From assembly GCA_963705505.1 (NCBI GenBank), contig CAVPJU010000010.1, positions 576,001 to 640,000 of the forward strand: a stretch of DNA of 64,000 nt. Reading direction: 5' to 3'. A program made the translations under genes and the position numbers. The notes beneath the pieces are model-generated. The model worked only from the letters and a program-made list of their open reading frames with translations. It did no database searches and was not told the origin of the DNA. This stretch comes from an uncultured bacterium. GTDB taxonomy: Bacteria; Desulfobacterota_D; UBA1144; Nemesobacterales; UBA2774. This document shows, piece by piece, positions 29,487 through 39,236 of this stretch; positions within the stretch are counted from its first letter, which is position 1; each line of letters starts with the position of its first letter.

Positions 29487-30506
29487 ATGGTCAAGTTCAT
29501 CGATGAAGCGAAGATATACATAAAGTCAGGAGCGGGAGGCAGGGGCTGCGTTAGCTTCAGGAGGGAGAAGTACGTCCCGCGGGGAGGTCCCAACGGAGGG
29601 GACGGAGGGAACGGAGGGGACGTCGTGATGATAACTAATGAAAATATGTCGTCCCTGCTCGACCACAGGTACAGGCAGCACTACAGGGCGAAAAGGGGCG
29701 AGCACGGGAAGGGAAAGGACATGCACGGGAAGAACGCCGATACCCTCTACATCCCGGTACCGGTAGGAACGATTGTCAGGGACTTCGACACGGGCGAGGT
29801 ATTGGGAGACCTCACCGAGGCAAACGAGACTCTCCTTGTGGCGAAGGGAGGGCGGGGCGGAAAAGGGAACGCGCGCTTTGCGACATCCACCAATCAGGCG
29901 CCGAAGACGGCAGAGCCCGGCGGCGAGAGCCAAGAGCGGACGCTGCTGCTCGAGCTGAAACTCCTTGCGGACGTCGGCATAATCGGCTTCCCGAATGCGG
30001 GGAAATCGACGCTCATATCCAGGATTTCGGCTGCCCGTCCCAAGGTGGCCGATTACCCGTTCACAACTCTTGTGCCGAATTTGGGCGTAGTCAGCTATGG
30101 AGATGGAAAAACGTTCGTTGTAGCCGACATACCGGGCATTATTGAAGGGGCTCATGAAGGGGCGGGGTTGGGTATCCAGTTCCTCAAGCATATCGAGCGC
30201 ACGAAGCTCCTCATACATCTGCTCGACCTTTCTCCTGTTACAGGGAGAGACCCGGTGGAAGATTATGAAACGCTTAACAGGGAGCTCAAAGCTTACAGCA
30301 GGGAGCTCTCAAAGAAGCCCCAGATCGTAGCGCCCAATAAAATCGACATAACGGAATCTCGGCTGAAACTGGACGAGGTGAAAAAATACTTCGACAAGAA
30401 AAGAATTAAAATTTACCCGATATCCTCAGCGACCGGAGAGGGCTTGAAAGAGCTCGTCCGCGAGACCGGAAAGAGACTGGAAAAGCTTATTCCTGAAAAA
30501 GAATAG
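29487..30506 (+). CDS. obgE: GTPase ObgE
   Basis: Gly-rich Obg domain, GFPNAGKS, YPFTT, DIPG, NKID. Confidence 0.97.
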   Translation: MVKFIDEAKIYIKSGAGGRGCVSFRREKYVPRGGPNGGDGGNGGDVVMITNENMSSLLDHRYRQHYRAKRGEHGKGKDMHGKNADTLYIPVPVGTIVRDFDTGEVLGDLTEANETLLVAKGGRGGKGNARFATSTNQAPKTAEPGGESQERTLLLELKLLADVGIIGFPNAGKSTLISRISAARPKVADYPFTTLVPNLGVVSYGDGKTFVVADIPGIIEGAHEGAGLGIQFLKHIERTKLLIHLLDLSPVTGRDPVEDYETLNRELKAYSRELSKKPQIVAPNKIDITESRLKLDEVKKYFDKKRIKIYPISSATGEGLKELVRETGKRLEKLIPEKE

Positions 30507-30569
30507 TGCTCCCAAGTAGTTTACGTACAATATTAAAGGAATCTATCACTTGGTCTCGCCGGCCTACGC

Positions 30570-32033
30570 CTACTCCTCCGGAGGGCACTCACCCGCAAAA
30601 CACGCCTCGAACACCGCCATCATCCCGTTATCCTCGTGCTGGCCGATGTGGCAGTGATAAACCGCCTTTCCTTCTATAACGGGATCCGTGAAATCGATGA
30701 CGATCACGACCTCGCCGGGTCCTTCCCAATTCGGGTCCTGCCCCTCGTATGGGAGATTCACCGTATCCTGTCTGCCTACGAACGGCTGCGGCACTCCGTT
30801 AACCTCGCACACCTGAAAGTCAGTCAGGTGTATATGGAAGACGTGCAGCTCTTGAGAGGTATTCTGAATGGTCCACCTCTCGAGTCCGCCTATCTGAACG
30901 AAAGTATCGACCCGTTCGGGATCAAATTCCTTACCGTTTATGAAGAAGGTATCCCCGTTCTCAGTCTCCGAGAACACGAAAGTCCTGTCCTTCTGCACGG
31001 GCTGATCGCACAGGTCCTCGACGACCGGGAATTCTTCCTGAGGGATAGGCAGCTCGATCGGGTCCTCCACGGGATCGCCTTCGACGACCATTGTTAACAT
31101 TGTTACTCCGCCATAATGATCACCCTGGGGGCCCGTATTTATTTTCTTTGCCCTTAACCTGTAAATGCCCGGCTTGCCGCCCTGCACGAGAACCCCAACC
31201 CGGGACGCGGTGGGCATATATTCCTCGTCCTTCACCACGGTCTGGTTGTGCCTGTTCCCGTCCCTTTCTATCTCGAAGAACTGGTGCCCTTCGAGCTCGA
31301 GGTCGTAATAATGGTCGGCGCCGATATTGGCGATTTGCCAGAACTGTGTTTCGCCGGGACGGATGGAGAGCACGGGGTTGGTTTGTCCGTTGACAGTGGC
31401 GTTTGTAGGCGCGCTTATGTCGACGTTTTCCGATGGCACCTGTCCGTCGATTATCTGAACGTCCTTCAGGTACATTACCTGGTGCTTAATCCCCGCCAGC
31501 TGGGGGAAAGGGTCGAGTATCCCGTTTACGATCAGACCCCCCGAGAGTCCGCTCATTATCTGAAACTCGGTCAGACCGTAAAGGTGTGAATGATAATAAA
31601 ACATGCCTTCGGGATGGTTTTCCGGTATCTGTACCTCGTAGTCGAAGTCCCCTGTAGGAGGGATCATGATGAAAATATCGTCGGAAGGGCTCAAGGGGCT
31701 CACGTTCATCCCGTGATAATGCACGTTGGTCATCTGGTCGATAAAGTTATTCACGTGGAGCCTGATAGTATCGCCGGGGTTTACGATGAGCACAGGGGGT
31801 GTATACAGGCCGTTATAAGTTGAGCTCGTGAATTGCTTTCCGTTCACCTCGTTTAACGAAAAATCAACATTGAATACCGCATCGAGCACTCCATCCTCGC
31901 TCGATATTATAGGCGGATTCCTGAAAGGCTCTCCGAGCGGCTTTTTGTTATTATTATCACATCCGCTCACAGATAAAAAGGAGATCAGCAGAAGCAATAT
32001 TATGGTGCCTGCAGCACCGGAATAATTTCGCAC
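30570..32033 (-). CDS. Multicopper oxidase, lipoprotein
   Basis: HYHG, YHSH, HVFHIH and HCHIGQHEDNGMM copper motifs; lipobox VSGC. Confidence 0.93.
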   Translation of the reverse strand: MRNYSGAAGTIILLLLISFLSVSGCDNNNKKPLGEPFRNPPIISSEDGVLDAVFNVDFSLNEVNGKQFTSSTYNGLYTPPVLIVNPGDTIRLHVNNFIDQMTNVHYHGMNVSPLSPSDDIFIMIPPTGDFDYEVQIPENHPEGMFYYHSHLYGLTEFQIMSGLSGGLIVNGILDPFPQLAGIKHQVMYLKDVQIIDGQVPSENVDISAPTNATVNGQTNPVLSIRPGETQFWQIANIGADHYYDLELEGHQFFEIERDGNRHNQTVVKDEEYMPTASRVGVLVQGGKPGIYRLRAKKINTGPQGDHYGGVTMLTMVVEGDPVEDPIELPIPQEEFPVVEDLCDQPVQKDRTFVFSETENGDTFFINGKEFDPERVDTFVQIGGLERWTIQNTSQELHVFHIHLTDFQVCEVNGVPQPFVGRQDTVNLPYEGQDPNWEGPGEVVIVIDFTDPVIEGKAVYHCHIGQHEDNGMMAVFEACFAGECPPEE

Positions 32034-32077
32034 GGGACATCCTCCTTATTCCTGATTTTCTTAATTGTAGGGATTTT

Positions 32078-32707
32078 TTACTTATGTTGCAATAGCTTTT
32101 TTATATCGGAAGCGATGCCCTCGGGGTCGAGCTTATAATGAGGATAGGTCAACAGAAGGATTCCGTCTCTGTCGACGAGGAAAACGGTGTTCGTATGCGT
32201 CATGAGATACTTGTCCCAGTGGTCCTTCTCGCTCCTCCCGTAAACTTCCTCGTGCTTGACAATCTTCACTCCGTACTCATGTGCGGTCTTTTTAATTTCT
32301 TCGGGTGTTCCTGTCACGCCGATAAACCCCTTATTGAAGAACGGGATATACGATTTAAGTCTTTTCGGCGTATCCCTGTTTGGGTCAACCGTTACAAAAA
32401 GGACCTGAACGTTTGCTGATTCATCCCCCAGCTCTTCCATCACCTTGTTAAGTTTTGAGAGGGTAAGGGGGCATACGTCGGGACAGTTCGTATATCCCCA
32501 TTCGATCAGCACCACCTTATCATGAAAGTTGCCGAGCGATACGGGGTCTCCGTCCTGATCGATCAGATTGAAATCCGGGGCCCGCATGTGATAAACCTTT
32601 CCGTAATATTTGTCGGTTCTTTCGTATTTCACATACAGGTAAGCCGTAAGCGCCCACCCCGAAATTGCAGCTGCAAGTATCACGAGTAAAAGGAGTTTAT
32701 TTCTCAT
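32078..32707 (-). CDS. SCO1/SenC copper chaperone
   Basis: CPDVCP, VDPNRDT and a conserved His; start at MRNKLL. Confidence 0.92.
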   Translation of the reverse strand: MRNKLLLLVILAAAISGWALTAYLYVKYERTDKYYGKVYHMRAPDFNLIDQDGDPVSLGNFHDKVVLIEWGYTNCPDVCPLTLSKLNKVMEELGDESANVQVLFVTVDPNRDTPKRLKSYIPFFNKGFIGVTGTPEEIKKTAHEYGVKIVKHEEVYGRSEKDHWDKYLMTHTNTVFLVDRDGILLLTYPHYKLDPEGIASDIKKLLQHK

Positions 32708-32813
32708 GGCCGGGAAATTCCATACATTATAACCTAAACGGGAGGCATTGAAGGAGGGGGGGCTATATTTTATTAGTAGAATATACAAGCAAATTCGATT
32801 AAACTTTCAGATT

Positions 32814-33242
32814 ATGAAACTTACGTGCGTGAAGTATCTCGCAGCTATTTTTGTGTTTTTGGGGGCTGTCTCTTACGCTCAGGCACCAGACGACTCCAAT
32901 AAATTCAGCTATGACAGCAATCAGGTCCTCCACCCGGAATGGTATATAAAAGTCTCCGACTGGTCCTTTTATACCGCCGCAAGGGTTGCGATATTGAGCT
33001 CGGTCACAATAGAGAACACGGCCGACGTGCCCTACAAAGACATACGTGTAAAGCTCATCTATACAACTTATTCCCAGCCCAACGCCGGCATTGTTGCCAC
33101 ATCGACCGGAATGCTCCCGATAACCCTTCCCCCGAAAAGCAAAAGCACGTATCTGAAGAGCGGACAAACTATGGGTGCGGGAAATCAGGATTATGATTTA
33201 AGCGACATACAGGTTATATCGGCGACACCGATAAAAGACTGA
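32814..33242 (+). CDS. Hypothetical secreted beta-rich protein
   Basis: Signal peptide ending AQA; Ig-like strand pattern. Confidence 0.7.
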   Translation: MKLTCVKYLAAIFVFLGAVSYAQAPDDSNKFSYDSNQVLHPEWYIKVSDWSFYTAARVAILSSVTIENTADVPYKDIRVKLIYTTYSQPNAGIVATSTGMLPITLPPKSKSTYLKSGQTMGAGNQDYDLSDIQVISATPIKD

Positions 33243-33286
33243 GCAAAACGCCGGATATCGAGCACGGAAAATATATTTACACCGAA

Positions 33287-34012
33287 ATGAGCGAGACTAT
33301 CAAAAAATCACCCCCCGGAATATTGTCCATTGTTCATTCGCTGCTTACGGCGGCAGCAATCTGCCTCATTGCTCTCTCCATAGATTACAACTCCGCCTCC
33401 GCGGCTGACTTTTCTTCCGGCTCCGACAGACCGCTCATTCAAAATGACGAAAACGACATTGCGCCTCCCCCCGTGCCGGATACGCCTCAAGCGCCGGGGC
33501 CCGACGATATACAGGACGATGCCCTCTCTCCTGACAGCGTAATTTCCGACCCCGACCCTCCCATAGACGAAACCGAACCCTATGTCGTGGAGCCCGAGCC
33601 CGCGGAACCCGAGAACGGGGAAGAACAGCAGGAATATTATCCCGACGCGAATGATCCGGAAGCTTATATCGATCAGCCGAGGCTTCTGGCGGACGAGCCC
33701 GACCCGCTCGTAGATCAACCTGACCCTTTAGTCGACCAACCTCATCCTCTGGTAGAGCAGTCTGACCCGCTCGTCGATATGCCCCCTCCATTGGTAGAGC
33801 AGCCCGACCCGCTCGTCGATCAGCCTGCGCCGTTGGTGAAGCAGCCCGACCCTCTTGTCGCTCAACCCGCGCCTCTGGTGAGACAGCCACGGCCGCTCGT
33901 AAAAGAGCCCCCGGCTCTGGTCAACCATCCTCAACCGCTTGTCAATATGCCTGAGCCCCTGGTGCGCCAGCCCGATCCGCTCGTCAACCGGTCTGCGCCT
34001 AGAGTTCAGTAG
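33287..34012 (+). CDS. Secreted Pro/acidic protein with 7-aa (QPDPLVx) repeats
   Basis: Signal-like N-terminus; 14 tandem heptads. Confidence 0.75.
   Translation: MSETIKKSPPGILSIVHSLLTAAAICLIALSIDYNSASAADFSSGSDRPLIQNDENDIAPPPVPDTPQAPGPDDIQDDALSPDSVISDPDPPIDETEPYVVEPEPAEPENGEEQQEYYPDANDPEAYIDQPRLLADEPDPLVDQPDPLVDQPHPLVEQSDPLVDMPPPLVEQPDPLVDQPAPLVKQPDPLVAQPAPLVRQPRPLVKEPPALVNHPQPLVNMPEPLVRQPDPLVNRSAPRVQ
33695..33988 (+). repeat. Coding tandem repeat, 14 x 21 bp
   Basis: EPDPLVD, QPDPLVD, QPHPLVE ... QPDPLVN; third codon positions are diverged. Confidence 0.88.
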
Positions 34013-34079
34013 TCAATCCGCAGGGGGATATCAGGATGATATCGGGTATGCTTGCCAAGGATTGAATGAACGGGCCCTA

Positions 34080-34108
34080 TTGACAATTTTACAAAAGGTC
34101 AATATAAC
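34080..34108 (+). promoter_or_regulatory. Sigma70 promoter overlapped by an inverted repeat
   Basis: TTGACA-N17-TATAAC; TATTGAC-N13-GTCAATA palindrome at 34078-34104. Confidence 0.6.
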
Positions 34109-34136
34109 AAGTTATTAAAGCATCGGGAGAAAATGT

Positions 34137-34688
34137 ATGAAAATATCCGGGCAGATAACGTTTTCGGCAACCAACATATTATTGTCTTTGGCTCTCATAA
34201 GCCTTACTGCATTTTACACATACCCGGGCACTGCTGCCGGAGGGGATTTTTCCTCCGCAAAAGGGAGGACCCTCATACAATACGACGACGATGACCTTGC
34301 GCCTCCGGTGGTCCCCGATACTCCCCAGGCCCCTCAGCCGGGAGATATAGATGACCCCGCGCTCTCACCGGACAGCGCGATATCCGAGCCCGATCCGCTG
34401 TTTGACCAGCCTGAACCCGTGATAGAGCAGCCTGAACCCGATGTAATAGAAGAGCAGCCCGGAGCCGACGAGGGCGAAGACGTGGTTAACGAGCCCGGAG
34501 CCGCGGTCGAAGAACCGGCGCCCCTCGTCAATGGGGACGAGGCCGTAGTAAACGAACCCGATCCTGTTGTAGAAGAACCCGATCCGCTCGTAAATCAGGC
34601 ACAGCCCCTTGTGGAACAGCCTGAACCGGTAGTACCCCAGGGCGAGCCTCTGGGTGACGCCGAGGCTGAGGGAAGGGGTTTGAAATAG
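34137..34688 (+). CDS. Paralog of the 33287 gene, secreted Pro/acidic heptad-repeat protein
   Basis: Shared DFSS..LIQ.D..D.APP.VPDTPQAP.P.DI...ALSPDS.IS.PDP segment and EPDPLVN-type repeats. Confidence 0.75.
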   Translation: MKISGQITFSATNILLSLALISLTAFYTYPGTAAGGDFSSAKGRTLIQYDDDDLAPPVVPDTPQAPQPGDIDDPALSPDSAISEPDPLFDQPEPVIEQPEPDVIEEQPGADEGEDVVNEPGAAVEEPAPLVNGDEAVVNEPDPVVEEPDPLVNQAQPLVEQPEPVVPQGEPLGDAEAEGRGLK

Positions 34689-34754
34689 TAGTAATTCCTT
34701 AAAAACCTGTTAAATTCTCTTTACACAAAAAGACCTGAAAGGAGGTATGGGAAA

Positions 34755-35102
34755 GTGCTATTCGACAGAAAACTCGACTTCAGCGATTCCAAGAAGGAAG
34801 AATGGGAGCTTTTGAAATCAAAAATAGGGACGGGCATCGAGCTGCCCCTTCCCGACTCCGAGCGCTGGTTTCATGCGCGTGTGGACGGGGACGACATCGT
34901 CGTGGAGAGCGCCAGGTTAAATGTACGCCCCATTATGATCCACGATCCTATAAGAATTAACTTCGATGAATTCAGTATTGTCGCCAGACACTACAACAGC
35001 TTCCTCGAGCTCCAGGTGCGCACGATGAGCGACACGCATGAAGTGAGGGACAAGGTAAAGAACCTCCGTTATGTCTTCATGCTCATCTACCATTTGTTAT
35101 GA
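34755..35102 (+). CDS. Hypothetical protein
   Basis: GGAGG RBS upstream of the GTG start; followed by a hairpin. Confidence 0.7.
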   Translation: MLFDRKLDFSDSKKEEWELLKSKIGTGIELPLPDSERWFHARVDGDDIVVESARLNVRPIMIHDPIRINFDEFSIVARHYNSFLELQVRTMSDTHEVRDKVKNLRYVFMLIYHLL

Positions 35103-35115
35103 GCCTTAAATGTCG

Positions 35116-35143
35116 GGTTCTAAACCCCTCCGGGTTTAGAACC
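35116..35143. terminator. Perfect 12-bp hairpin
   Basis: GGTTCTAAACCC-CTCC-GGGTTTAGAACC; no T tail. Confidence 0.45.
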
Positions 35144-35163
35144 GTATCCTAAAGACAAAGGAG

Positions 35164-35451
35164 GTGCTCCCCCTCTTGTACCCAGAAAATTACTACGAGC
35201 TGATGGCCGAATATAACCAATGGATGGACGCCAAGATTTACGATGTGTGCGGCGGAATCCCGGACAGAGAGCGAAAGAAGGATATGGGGGCATTCTTTAA
35301 ATCAATCCACGGCACGCTTAACCATATTTACTACGGAGACACGGCCTGGCTCGAAAGACTCCGCGACAATAAATTTACACCGAGGAAGCCGGGCGTCGAT
35401 ATGTTCGATGATTTTAATGACCTCTCTCCCGTGTCTTCGGAACAAATATGA
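35164..35451 (+). pseudogene. Truncated DinB family protein
   Basis: YNQWM..GAFFKSIHGTLNHI N-terminal half is present; the C-terminal half with the HxxxH motif was not found downstream. Confidence 0.65.
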
Positions 35452-35558
35452 AAGGCACATAAAAACTTAACTTTATCTTAACGGGATCCCTTAACTTTTC
35501 TCGAATAATTTAGTGTGTTGCTTGAATTCTGATAATCGGTATTCCGGAGACCACGCTT

Positions 35559-36257
35559 ATGAAAAATGTTTTCCCGATATTACCCGCGGTTTTATTATCC
35601 ATATTCACCGTCATTTCCGCACAGGCGCAAACGGAGGGCTTCAACGTCAAAACACCCGTTGAAACCCTATCGGATAATTCCTCGAAATTCTTAAATGACA
35701 TTTCGGCGGATGCAAAAATCGATCCGAAAAATTCCATTCCGCAAGATATGATCTGCAGAGCCGAATGCTACCTCGTCATTCCCTCAGTCGAAACAATCCC
35801 CAGCAGGCACGATTTCGCAGGCTCCGGTCTTCTCGGCTGCCGTACGGCCGATTCCGGCAAATTGACTCCGCCGATATTCTTTCAGATCACGAACCTCGAT
35901 TCGTTCAATGAAAGCGGCGGCGGACTGATCATTCTGGTCATGGACAGGAAAGGGGTCAAATCTATTCTCGGCGATCAGCTGCAGTTAACTCCCGACAATG
36001 CTACCGGCGGTAGAGTCGGCTCCGAATCTGATGTCAAAACTTTGAAATCTTTCATCGCGTACGCAAGGCCGGCAGGCAATGCAATTCAGGGGTTCGATGC
36101 ATCCGGCAGCACCCTCGTTTACGGGAGCGGGGACACGTTCAATGCGTATCAGCAGGACATCGACCCTATCGACATAATGTTATTCGGCATCGACGTCCCT
36201 CCGGTATTGAGGGGCTTCAATACATCCCTGGAGGGGTTGAGAAAAGGGTGTAAGTAG
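35559..36257 (+). CDS. Secreted protein, divergent SYLF/Ysc84-like
   Basis: Signal peptide; IPQDMI.RAEC..VIP, GSGLL.CR and SFIAYAR resemble the SYLF pattern. Confidence 0.55.
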   Translation: MKNVFPILPAVLLSIFTVISAQAQTEGFNVKTPVETLSDNSSKFLNDISADAKIDPKNSIPQDMICRAECYLVIPSVETIPSRHDFAGSGLLGCRTADSGKLTPPIFFQITNLDSFNESGGGLIILVMDRKGVKSILGDQLQLTPDNATGGRVGSESDVKTLKSFIAYARPAGNAIQGFDASGSTLVYGSGDTFNAYQQDIDPIDIMLFGIDVPPVLRGFNTSLEGLRKGCK

Positions 36258-36324
36258 ATAAACGACATAGACCCTTCCGGAAGAATAAGCGCGGAGAGCA
36301 TCTTCAACGGTTTCTACAGGGCTC

Positions 36325-36528
36325 CTATTCAAAATAGCAGGTCCCCATGCCGTCCTCTTCCTCAAATGTAGCCTGACAATAGCAGACCCCTATTTGACCA
36401 CAGTCATAGGAAGTGTAGCATTTGTTTCCCTGCTTGCAGTCGTCGCACTTCGCGGGTTTTGCAGAGAGATAAACGCCTGCCGCAGCCGCTGCGATCAAAA
36501 GAACCAAAACAAAAAAAAGCGTTCTCAT
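36325..36528 (-). CDS. Small secreted Cys-rich protein
   Basis: GGAGG RBS, signal peptide or anchor, 7 Cys in the 67-aa product. Confidence 0.7.
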   Translation of the reverse strand: MRTLFFVLVLLIAAAAAGVYLSAKPAKCDDCKQGNKCYTSYDCGQIGVCYCQATFEEEDGMGTCYFE

Positions 36529-36566
36529 TCCGTAACCACCTCCCTATATTTCCACAGCTAATGCCC

Positions 36567-37790
36567 TCAATCTTTGGGCCTTCTCCATAATCTTATCATA
36601 AACACCAGGCCGGACAGTAGGAGCAGTATCGGAAAGTTTCCGTCACCGCCCGAAGTAGCGAGCGCACAGCCCCCGCCGCCGCCATTGTGCTGCTCCCCGC
36701 AGAGTGTGCCGTTGATGTCGCACTGGGGTGTTATACCCTTCTCCCTCTGCCTCTTGTTTAGTCCGAACACCGCTTTATCAGTTTTGTTGTCCGCTTCACA
36801 GCCGCAAATCTGGCTCGCGCAGCAGCTGCATCCTACCTCCGATTCAAGCTTGACGATCTCCGAAATTTCACAGCCCTGAAGCCCCGTGCACGCTTCCCCG
36901 ACGAGCCCCCTGTCATTACAACGCGATGTGCATAACGTAGCGTCGCACGTATATCCGGACTGAAAACCGTCTGACCCTATGCAGCTGTCGTATTCCTCGC
37001 ACACCTGACCGCAGTCCACGTTTGGCGGAGGAGTAGGAATATCCGCGGTAATCAGCGGACAACCGCCCAGCGACTCCGGCGCGTCGGGTATGCATCCCCC
37101 GGGGGGAGGAGCAGGAACAGTGCCGGTCAAGTTAGGGTTGTATGCCGCCGACCAGACGAGGTCGTCACTGAGAGTGCAGGCTTGGTTATCGAGTCCCACC
37201 TGGTAGGGGCCGTCGTACGTCGGACACGAGCATTCAACGATCCCCTCTTCCCCGGTCCTTCGGCATGGGGCCGTCATACACCCGGCATAAAGGGATTGCT
37301 GGCAGTTGGTCTCGCCGATCCCCTCTTCGGGGACACAGTCGAAACTGAAAACAGATACGACGTCCGCATCGGGAATAAAGCTTCCGGTATTTATCGACCC
37401 GCACACAGGTGCCGAGTTCGTAGTCTGACATCCGCTGCCGTCAGCGCCGCATACATCCACCGTAGCGAGATATACGTCCACGTCCAGTATCGCATTTATA
37501 TCCACGAAATATTTCCCGTACGCGATTTCGAAGCATTTACAATTGGCGAAAGTCCCGTCGCCCGTAAGCTCGCAGGATTCGGGTTCCGGACCCGAATAAT
37601 AGCAGAGAGCGTACGGCCCTCCCTCGCACGGCACGAAGTTCGTAGGCTCGAGCAGTATGTCGGCATACGCGGGACCGTAAGGCGTGGTCATCAAGTTGTT
37701 GGGCACAAAATTAAAGCCTGCGTAAGACGGGGTGATAAAGAAAAACGGGACTATTAGCGTAGAGACTATAAGAGCACGGATAGAATTCAT
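36567..37790 (-). CDS. Secreted Cys-rich protein with a GGGGC-TM-basic C-terminal sorting signal
   Basis: 33 Cys; C-terminus GGGGGCAL..FPILLLLSGLVFMIRLWRRPKD (MYXO-/JDVT-CTERM-like). Confidence 0.8.
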   Translation of the reverse strand: MNSIRALIVSTLIVPFFFITPSYAGFNFVPNNLMTTPYGPAYADILLEPTNFVPCEGGPYALCYYSGPEPESCELTGDGTFANCKCFEIAYGKYFVDINAILDVDVYLATVDVCGADGSGCQTTNSAPVCGSINTGSFIPDADVVSVFSFDCVPEEGIGETNCQQSLYAGCMTAPCRRTGEEGIVECSCPTYDGPYQVGLDNQACTLSDDLVWSAAYNPNLTGTVPAPPPGGCIPDAPESLGGCPLITADIPTPPPNVDCGQVCEEYDSCIGSDGFQSGYTCDATLCTSRCNDRGLVGEACTGLQGCEISEIVKLESEVGCSCCASQICGCEADNKTDKAVFGLNKRQREKGITPQCDINGTLCGEQHNGGGGGCALATSGGDGNFPILLLLSGLVFMIRLWRRPKD

Positions 37791-38120
37791 GCCGACACAC
37801 CTCCTTTCACCTAATCCGAATATATATTTAAAGCATGCCGGCTATTATACCGACCGAAGACTAAGACAATTGAATTCTCCCCAATTATTGAGCCCTTTTG
37901 AAATTATGTCAATAATAATGAAGAGGGCCGGATTCATACCATAATAAAGTGACTTATTTCATATAGATTGAGTATTTGCAGAAGAAATCAGGCACCGGTT
38001 AACCTGGACGGCGGCTTGTTGAAAATCATGAACAAAGTATGATAGTGTATTAATTCCGATTCAACTGCCCGGGGGGGCACAAAAATACAGGCTTACCATA
38101 ATGGAAAAAGGAGGGATAAG

Positions 38121-38960
38121 ATGATTGAAAAGGGACAATTTTTCAGAGAGGGGATGATCCGGATATCCCGCTCTATATTCATCTTCACACTTTTAGCCGC
38201 GGGCTGCGGCTTATACTTCTTTAACCCCGGCGCCATCGCCCAGGACGTCAATCCGAACATAGACCCGAAGGCTGCCGGTATCCTTCAGGAAATGAGTTAT
38301 TTAATGGGCAGTCAATACGAATACACTTTTAAAGCCGATATTATGTACGACGATCTATTGGATTCGCGGCAGAAGGTTCAATACAACGCCGAAGAGACGG
38401 TCTTCATCAAGAAGCCCGACAAATTTTATGTCGGCTACGTAAGCGACCTCGGAGGATATAAGCTCTGGTATGATGCAGGGCAGGCGACGCTGCTCGAGGT
38501 GCCGACGAACGATTTTTCTCTCGCGACCCTTCCCGCGTCCGTGGATCAGGCTTTGAATAAGCTCAAAGAGCAATATCAGTTTACCCCGGCACTGAGCGAG
38601 CTCCTTTTTATAAACACCTATAAAGTGATGACCGCCAATGTAATCACGGGCGCCTATTTCGGCCTGAGCAATGTCTTCGGGGCAAAGTGCCACCACCTTC
38701 TATTCGTCGAGAAGGACATCGACTGGCAGATATGGATCGAAGAAGGTAAACGGCCGGTCCCGAGGAAGCTAGTGATAACCTACAAGAATTTGCCCGGGTC
38801 GCCGCAGTTCATCGCGGTATTTAAAGACTGGATATTCGGCAAGCCGATCACGAATTTTGCATTCAAGCCGGATATTCCGAACGTGAACAGCCGCGTGGAA
38901 TTCAATCAAATAACGGGGAACCCCAAATACAAGATAGGAAGTATCAGGGCGTTTCAGTAG
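38121..38960 (+). CDS. DUF2092 periplasmic protein
   Basis: CHHLLF..DIDWQIWIE..PRKLVITYK..GSPQF. Confidence 0.88.
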   Translation: MIEKGQFFREGMIRISRSIFIFTLLAAGCGLYFFNPGAIAQDVNPNIDPKAAGILQEMSYLMGSQYEYTFKADIMYDDLLDSRQKVQYNAEETVFIKKPDKFYVGYVSDLGGYKLWYDAGQATLLEVPTNDFSLATLPASVDQALNKLKEQYQFTPALSELLFINTYKVMTANVITGAYFGLSNVFGAKCHHLLFVEKDIDWQIWIEEGKRPVPRKLVITYKNLPGSPQFIAVFKDWIFGKPITNFAFKPDIPNVNSRVEFNQITGNPKYKIGSIRAFQ

Positions 38961-38987
38961 AAACGGATAAAAAGTTTAAGGAGTGAG

Positions 38988-39018
38988 AAGTGAGCCGGGG
39001 TTAACCGGCTCACTTTTT
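38988..39018. terminator. Terminator between convergent genes
   Basis: AAGTGAGCCGG-N6-CCGGCTCACTT followed by TTT. Confidence 0.75.
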
Positions 39019-39026
39019 ATTTACCG

Positions 39027-39236
39027 TTAAGCCAGTACTACGTTTTGAGCCTGGGGACCTTTTTGTCCTTTCACAACGGTGAACTCTACACGCTGACCTT
39101 CTTCCAGTGTGCGGAAACCGGTCGCTTTGATTTCACTGTAGTGAACGAAAACGTCTTCACCATTCTCGATCTCAATGAAACCGAAACCTTTTGTAGAATT
39201 GAACCACTTTACAGTGCCAATTTTACGTTCTGCCAT
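39027..39236 (-). CDS. Cold-shock protein
   Basis: GTVKWFN, KGFGFI and DVFVH motifs. Confidence 0.96.
   Translation of the reverse strand: MAERKIGTVKWFNSTKGFGFIEIENGEDVFVHYSEIKATGFRTLEEGQRVEFTVVKGQKGPQAQNVVLA

Noticed and set aside
14226..32788. Longer upstream starts in the ORF track (15302, 15345, 19033, 26073, 32788, 32748)
   Set aside because: The extensions overlap neighbouring genes or promoters; downstream starts fit the RBS and family N-termini better
33695..33988. 21-bp periodic repeat as a CRISPR array
   Set aside because: No spacers, it is an in-frame coding repeat, and no cas genes are present
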